This document shows positions 58,950 to 64,000 of a stretch of DNA of 64,000 nucleotides, piece by piece. This DNA comes from an uncultured Gemmatimonadaceae bacterium (GTDB lineage Bacteria > Gemmatimonadota > Gemmatimonadetes > Gemmatimonadales > Gemmatimonadaceae). Within the stretch, counting starts at the first letter, position 1. Each line of letters opens with the position of its first letter. A program made the position numbers and the translations under genes. Location of the stretch: assembly GCA_963829055.1 (NCBI GenBank), contig CAWHHI010000004.1, forward strand, positions 512,001 through 576,000. Reading direction: 5' to 3'. Below the pieces are notes generated by a model. The model saw nothing but the letters and a program-made list of their open reading frames with translations. It ran no database searches and was not told the DNA's origin.

Positions 58950-59549
58950 ATGATCCAACTCGGCCCCACGACCCTCGAGGGTGACGGTATCCGACTCGAG
59001 CCCCTCACCGCCGACCATCATGACGAGTTGCGAGCGGCGTTGTCCGATGGCCGGCTATGGGAGCTGTGGTTCACGTCGGTCCCTGAGCCAGACCGTGTCG
59101 CGGCGTACATCGAGGCCGCGCTCGAAGGTCAGCGGAAAGGGCACATGCTGCCGTGGGCAGTGCGCGAGCTCGAGAGCGGACTGATCGCGGGTACCACACG
59201 CTATCATGACATCGTGCCCGAGATCGACCGCGTGGAGATCGGGTATACGTGGTACGGCAAACAGTGGCAGCGCACACACGTGAACACGGTGTGCAAGATG
59301 CTGCTGTTCCAACACGCGTTCGACACGCTCGGCTGTAAGGTGGTCGGGCTGCGCACGGACAATTTCAACTTCGCGTCGCAGCGTGCGATCGAGGGACTCG
59401 GCGCGAAGCGCGATGGCGTGCTGCGGCATCACCAGGCGCGCCGCGACGGGACCGTTCGCGATTCATTCATGTACACTGTGTTGGCGACCGAATGGCCGGA
59501 CGTCCGGCGTCATTTACGGCTGCGTCTCGAGCGACACGGCCGAGGCTGA
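58950..59549 (+). CDS. GNAT N-acetyltransferase (RimJ/RimL-like)
   Basis: RVEIGYTW, QRTHVNT, NFASQRAIEGLGAKRDGVLR. Confidence 0.9.
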   Translation: MIQLGPTTLEGDGIRLEPLTADHHDELRAALSDGRLWELWFTSVPEPDRVAAYIEAALEGQRKGHMLPWAVRELESGLIAGTTRYHDIVPEIDRVEIGYTWYGKQWQRTHVNTVCKMLLFQHAFDTLGCKVVGLRTDNFNFASQRAIEGLGAKRDGVLRHHQARRDGTVRDSFMYTVLATEWPDVRRHLRLRLERHGRG

Positions 59550-59582
59550 GTGGAGTAGTACTGCGGTTGCAGTGAGGTATTG

Positions 59583-60752
59583 ATGGCTTGCCCGAGTTTC
59601 GTCCGATTGGCGCTGCTGTTCTCGATCGGAGCGTGCTCCGACTCCGACGCGCCAACCACCCCGTCTTCCGCCGCTCAGATGTTCGAGCGCTTCGTCGCGC
59701 TCGGCACCAGCAACAGCATGGGCGTTCAGTCCGCGGGGATCTTCGCCGCGGGGCAGCGCGCGGCATGGCCTGCGCAGCTCGCGAGCCGCATAGGCGTTCC
59801 ATTCTCCGAGCCGCTGCTTCAGGACCCCGGCTGCGGCCCGCCGCTCGTCGCGCCGCTGGCGTCCGACCTGGCGCTTGTCGGTACGCTGGGCAGCGGCTTC
59901 ATCAACGCAGTCAACGGCACGTGCGCGCCGCTGCAGAACGGTATCACGCTGCCAACGAACAACGTCGCGATTTCGGGCGCCGACGTGCACGACGCGCTCG
60001 TGGCCACACCCGAGTCGAAGGGCGACGTACGTACGCGAACGCTCTACAGTCGGGTGCTGGCGCCGGGGCAGACGCAGGTGAGCGCGATGATCGCACAGAA
60101 GCCGACGTTCGTGTCGGTGGAGCTCGCGGCGAACGACGTGCTGCCGGCGAGCACTGGGCGCGTGTCCGCGATGACGCCGTACGCCAACTGGGAGCGCGAC
60201 TACGATGCGGTGCTCGACGCCGTGAGATCGACGGGCGCCCGCGCGGTGCTGGTCGGCGTGCCTAACGACGCTGCCCAGTTCCCGAGCATCCGTCGCGCGA
60301 GCGAGCTCGCCGCCGACGCCGCGGCGCTCCAGACGCTCGGCATCCGCGTGACCGCCGATTGTGCGCGCAGTTCGAACTATCTCTTCATTCCGGGCTACGT
60401 GCTCACGCTCGTGGCCCAGGCGCCCGCGAGCGCGACGTGCGCGGACGTGGCGGGCGCCGCGGACTACGTGCTGACGCCTGAGGACATCGCGGCGATCAAT
60501 GCGCAGATGGTGCGGATGAACGCCCACATGCAGGCGAAGGCCACGGAGCTCGGGTTCGCCTACTTCAGTCTCGACGCGGTGTACGCGCTGCCGAAGCCGG
60601 CGTTCAGTATCTCGGGGGTCCTCTTCTCCAACGCGCCATTCGGGGCGAACATCAGCCTCGACGGCGTGCATCCGAGTGCACAGGGGCAGGGGCTTCTGGC
60701 AGCGGCTGCGGCGCAGGCAATCACCGCGAAGTATGGAGTGGCGATCCCGTGA
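59583..60752 (+). CDS. SGNH/GDSL-like hydrolase lipoprotein
   Basis: Lipobox SIGAC; FVALGTSNSMG, NVAISGA, LAANDVL, DGVHPS. Confidence 0.75.
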   Translation: MACPSFVRLALLFSIGACSDSDAPTTPSSAAQMFERFVALGTSNSMGVQSAGIFAAGQRAAWPAQLASRIGVPFSEPLLQDPGCGPPLVAPLASDLALVGTLGSGFINAVNGTCAPLQNGITLPTNNVAISGADVHDALVATPESKGDVRTRTLYSRVLAPGQTQVSAMIAQKPTFVSVELAANDVLPASTGRVSAMTPYANWERDYDAVLDAVRSTGARAVLVGVPNDAAQFPSIRRASELAADAAALQTLGIRVTADCARSSNYLFIPGYVLTLVAQAPASATCADVAGAADYVLTPEDIAAINAQMVRMNAHMQAKATELGFAYFSLDAVYALPKPAFSISGVLFSNAPFGANISLDGVHPSAQGQGLLAAAAAQAITAKYGVAIP

Positions 60753-60761
60753 CACTGATGA

Positions 60762-63700
60762 ATGCCGCCAGCTGACGGCACCGCACGTCGATTCGTAGTC
60801 GGCATCGGGGTGTCGACCTATGACGACCCCGAGCTCAATCTCGCGGCTGTGCCTGACGACGTGGCGAAGATCACTCGCTGGTTCGCCGAGCGCTCGAGCG
60901 TGCCGCACGAGCGAGCGCTGCCCGAGCTGGCGGACAGTCCGAGAAACGAAGACATCCGTCACGCGTCTGAGGGATGGCTCGAGGAGCGGGCCCCGAGGAT
61001 TACGTCGTTGTCTACCTCGCGGCGCACGCCGACGAAGAGGCGGGTACGCCGTACGTGCTTGGCAGAGACTCGGTGAGGCAGCGCTTCGCCGGCCGCGCGA
61101 TCGACGGCAACACGCTCGGCACCATCATCGGCCAGTCGCCGCCGCATAACGTGCTCTTCATCGTCGATGCCTGCGTCGCCGGAACGATCGGCAAGGCGAT
61201 CCAGCGTCGCGCCGAAGATGTGTCGGAAGCGATGAAGAACCGGCAGCCGCAGCTCAAATGGAGCCAGGCGGTGCTGTGCAGCACGTTCGGGCGTGACCCT
61301 GCGTCGGACGGCCGGTTCGCAGAAGCGTTTCTGACCGTCGTGACGCAGGAGCGATGGACGGGAACGTCGCGTCCGTTCATCGACATCGACCTCCTGATGA
61401 CGGGACTCAATCAGGAGCTCAAGAATCTCAACGCGCCACAGGTCGCCGAGCGCAAGGTGTGGGGACCCGGCGCCGCCGAGCTCATTCCCAATCCGAACTT
61501 CGGCGCGCGCCAGGTCTCGGCGTTGATCGCGGACGAAGAGCTGGCATTGCACTTCGATCCGTCGGCGCGCGGGGTCACGCGAGGGGAATCGGGATCGTAC
61601 TTCATCGGCCGACACGACGAGCTCGCGCGCATCGTGCGCTGGCTCCGGGCGCCGGCGGTTTCGGGAACGTCGCACCTGCTCGTGATCACCGGTTCGCCGG
61701 GCTCCGGGAAATCGGCGCTCATCTCGCGCGTCGTGCTGCTGAGCGATCCCGCGCTGCGCGCGCGCGTTCCTCGACTCCACGATCTCGCGCCGGAAACGGT
61801 TCCGCCCGATTCATCGATCACGGCAGCGCTCTGGTGTCACAACAAGACGCTCGAGCAGGTCGTCGTCGATCTCGGCTCGCGGCTCGGCCTGAACGCGCGC
61901 GCTGCCTCCGCGTTGCTGTACGCGATCGGTGCGCGGCAGCCCGCCGGATCGCCGTTGACGATTGCCATCGATGCGCTCGATGAAGCTGTGGACGGTCATG
62001 CGGCCCGCATCGCATCGGAGCTCATCGTACCGCTCGCGTCGCTCGACGGCGTGAAAGTGCTCGTGGCGACGCGGCCGCATCCCGTCCACTCGCTCGACGA
62101 GCCCCAAGACGCCACGAGTCTGCTCGAGTCGTTAGGCATCCCGGCTGGCGATGACACGATGACGCTGGTGGTGGACAACGCGGCGAATCGCGGGGCCGAC
62201 ATGCGAGCGTATGTGGAGGCGCGTCTCATGGGGACGGGCGACTCCGGCCGCCTGACGCCATACTCGGACAAGCCCGATGTCGCGGCGCGACTCGCGGAAC
62301 GCATCGCCGAGGCGGCGGGCAGTTCCTTCCTCGTCGCCGCGGTCACCGCGCGCGCTCTCTCGGCTCGGGCCGAGGCGGTGGATCCGGAGGCGATGATCAA
62401 CCTCCCCACGGAAGCGGGCGACGCCCTCGCGCGATACATTGAGCGGCTTCCGGATCCGAAGGTCGTGATCGACATCCTTCGGCCACTGGCCTGGGCGGCG
62501 GGCTCGGGGCTGCCGTGGGGACCGCTGTGGGCGCCAATCGCGAATGCGCTGGCGCGGGCACCGTTCCCCGACGCGGACGTGCACTACGACGACGACATGG
62601 TTGCGACGGTGCTCGAGCGGGCGAGTGATCTCGTCATCGAGACGATGGAGTCGGATGAACCCGTATACCGGCTCTTTCACGCGGCGCTCGCGGAGCATCT
62701 CCGTCGTGACCTGACGCCGCTGCAGGCCCACGAGGCCATCGCCGGCGTGCTCGACACGATCATCGACTCGGCTCCGTTCCGTACGGCGCCTGCCTATGTG
62801 CTGGCGCACATGACGACGCACCTCGCGCAATGCCCCAGCCGGTATCAGCAACTGTACGAGCTCGTCACCGATCCCGAATGGGAGCGGGCCAAGCGAGATC
62901 GGTTCCGGCGCTCGGAAGGGTTCTTTCGTGACGTAGAGCTCGCGATCAAGGGTGCGCTCGCGCGCGACCCGCAGGATCTCGCTTCACTCGCGGGCGCCTG
63001 TCTCGTCTGCTCGCGGCAAATGGCTGTTGCTCCCGCGCCCGTAATCGACGTGCTGGCGAAGGAACGGCAGCTCCAACGCGCGGAGGCGATGGCGAACAAC
63101 ATCACGTTCGCCGTGGAACGGTGCTGGGCCTACGCGCTTCTCGCGCCGACCTTCCATGCCGAGCGTGACGTCGGTGGCGCGCTTCGTTGCCTGGCCGAAG
63201 CCGAGCGGTCGATCGGCGCGATCAACGTCACGCACACGGCGATGGCCTGGTCATGGATCGCAGAGGCCGCGGTAGCGTGCGGGTTCGGCGACCGCGCGAT
63301 GCTCGCGTCGCGTCGCGCGGCCGAATCGCTCGATGCGCTGACCCGGGAGACCGAGTGGGAGCTGCCTAACGTCTTCTTCTGGGCCGGCATGACCGCGCGT
63401 CATGCACGAGACGAAGCGACGCGCGCGGCGCTGCGTGAGATGTTCGGCAAGCGAGTGGAATACGTACGCCGCAACCAGGAGCTGCAGGCAGCGGCAGTTC
63501 TCGGCGCCACGGACACGCTGCGCGAGCTGTGGCGGCAGTGGATGGGTGGCGAGCGAGACGGCTTCGTGCGCCACGGCAACCTCGCGCTCGCGCTCGCCGA
63601 CGCGGGCATGATGGATGAGCTCCGCGCGATGCTTGCCGTGTTCGAGACCGAGGGAGTAAACCCACGTCGCGAGGCGAACTCGAACAAGCACTTCGTGTGG

Positions 63701-64000
63701 GCGTTATGCAGGGCGGGACGCTTCGACTGGGCGCTCCGATTTCTCGAGACGGTCGATGAGCCCGAGCACTGGATCGGGGCGCTCTCGCGGCTCGTCTCCG
63801 AGGCCGTCGCGCAGGGGAACGCCGCTGCACTGGAAAGCGCGAAGGGCCTCGTGAATCGGATGGCGGGCACCAATGACGACCGCGTCAAGACGCGGATGGT
63901 CCCCATCCTCTATCGACTTGGCGACAAGGACGCGGCGCTGATGCTGGCGGAAGATCTCGTGCGGCAGGGCGCGGAGCCCTCGGCGACGAATAGCGTCGCG
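60762..64000 (+). CDS. Caspase-like (C14) protease + STAND NTPase + helical/TPR-like repeats; partial, one frameshift ~60960-60990
   Basis: Hand translation: GIGVSTY, VYLAAH (His 61025), FIVDAC (Cys 61172), YFIGR, Walker A GSPGSGKS (61691-61714), Walker B IAIDALDE (61961-61984), VATR, YRLFHAAL; no stop seen to the window end. Confidence 0.85.

Noticed and set aside
59583..60752. SGNH lipoprotein as effector of the caspase-STAND protein
   Set aside because: It is only 10 bp away, but it is an exported lipoprotein, while the STAND protein looks cytoplasmic; there is no other evidence of linkage.
253..63371. CGTTAGG as telomere-like repeats, or as Chi/KOPS
   Set aside because: The copies are dispersed, not tandem, and show no strand skew in this window. 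Chi/KOPS is not fully excluded if the window spans an origin or terminus.
1..64000. tRNA, rRNA, transposase, integrase or prophage genes
   Set aside because: None were recognised by eye; a tRNAscan/Rfam run would be needed to exclude small RNAs.

Overview
Very GC-rich bacterial chromosomal window. Gene content and style suggest a Gemmatimonadota-like organism (inference only). Single-base indels break many ORFs, including essential leuS, so they are treated as assembly errors and genes were reconstructed across frames; many boundaries are approximate. Content: egtB-egtD-glutamate-cysteine ligase (ergothioneine), a Tat glycosylasparaginase, M23 peptidase, MCP, leuS, GT-C glycosyltransferase, HEAT proteins, a PAS hybrid kinase, a VIT1 transporter, multi-PDZ, BamA-like and GH18 proteins, kup, padR, csbD-like, an ECF sigma/anti-sigma + TolC/adaptor/permease run, TetR-TolC-EmrAB, ppiase-nth-polX, several hydrolases, and at the right edge a large caspase-like + STAND NTPase + helical-repeat ORF missing from the ORF track because it runs off the end. 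Main non-annotated signals: (1) the heptamer CCTAACG/CGTTAGG occurs about 46 times in both orientations, mostly inside genes where it uses otherwise rare codons; (2) a family of ~120-180 bp palindromic elements, two of which appear to supply start codons; (3) short tandem-repeat arrays, one forming a hairpin inside leuS; (4) PolX apparently ending in an SSB-like DADIPF tail.
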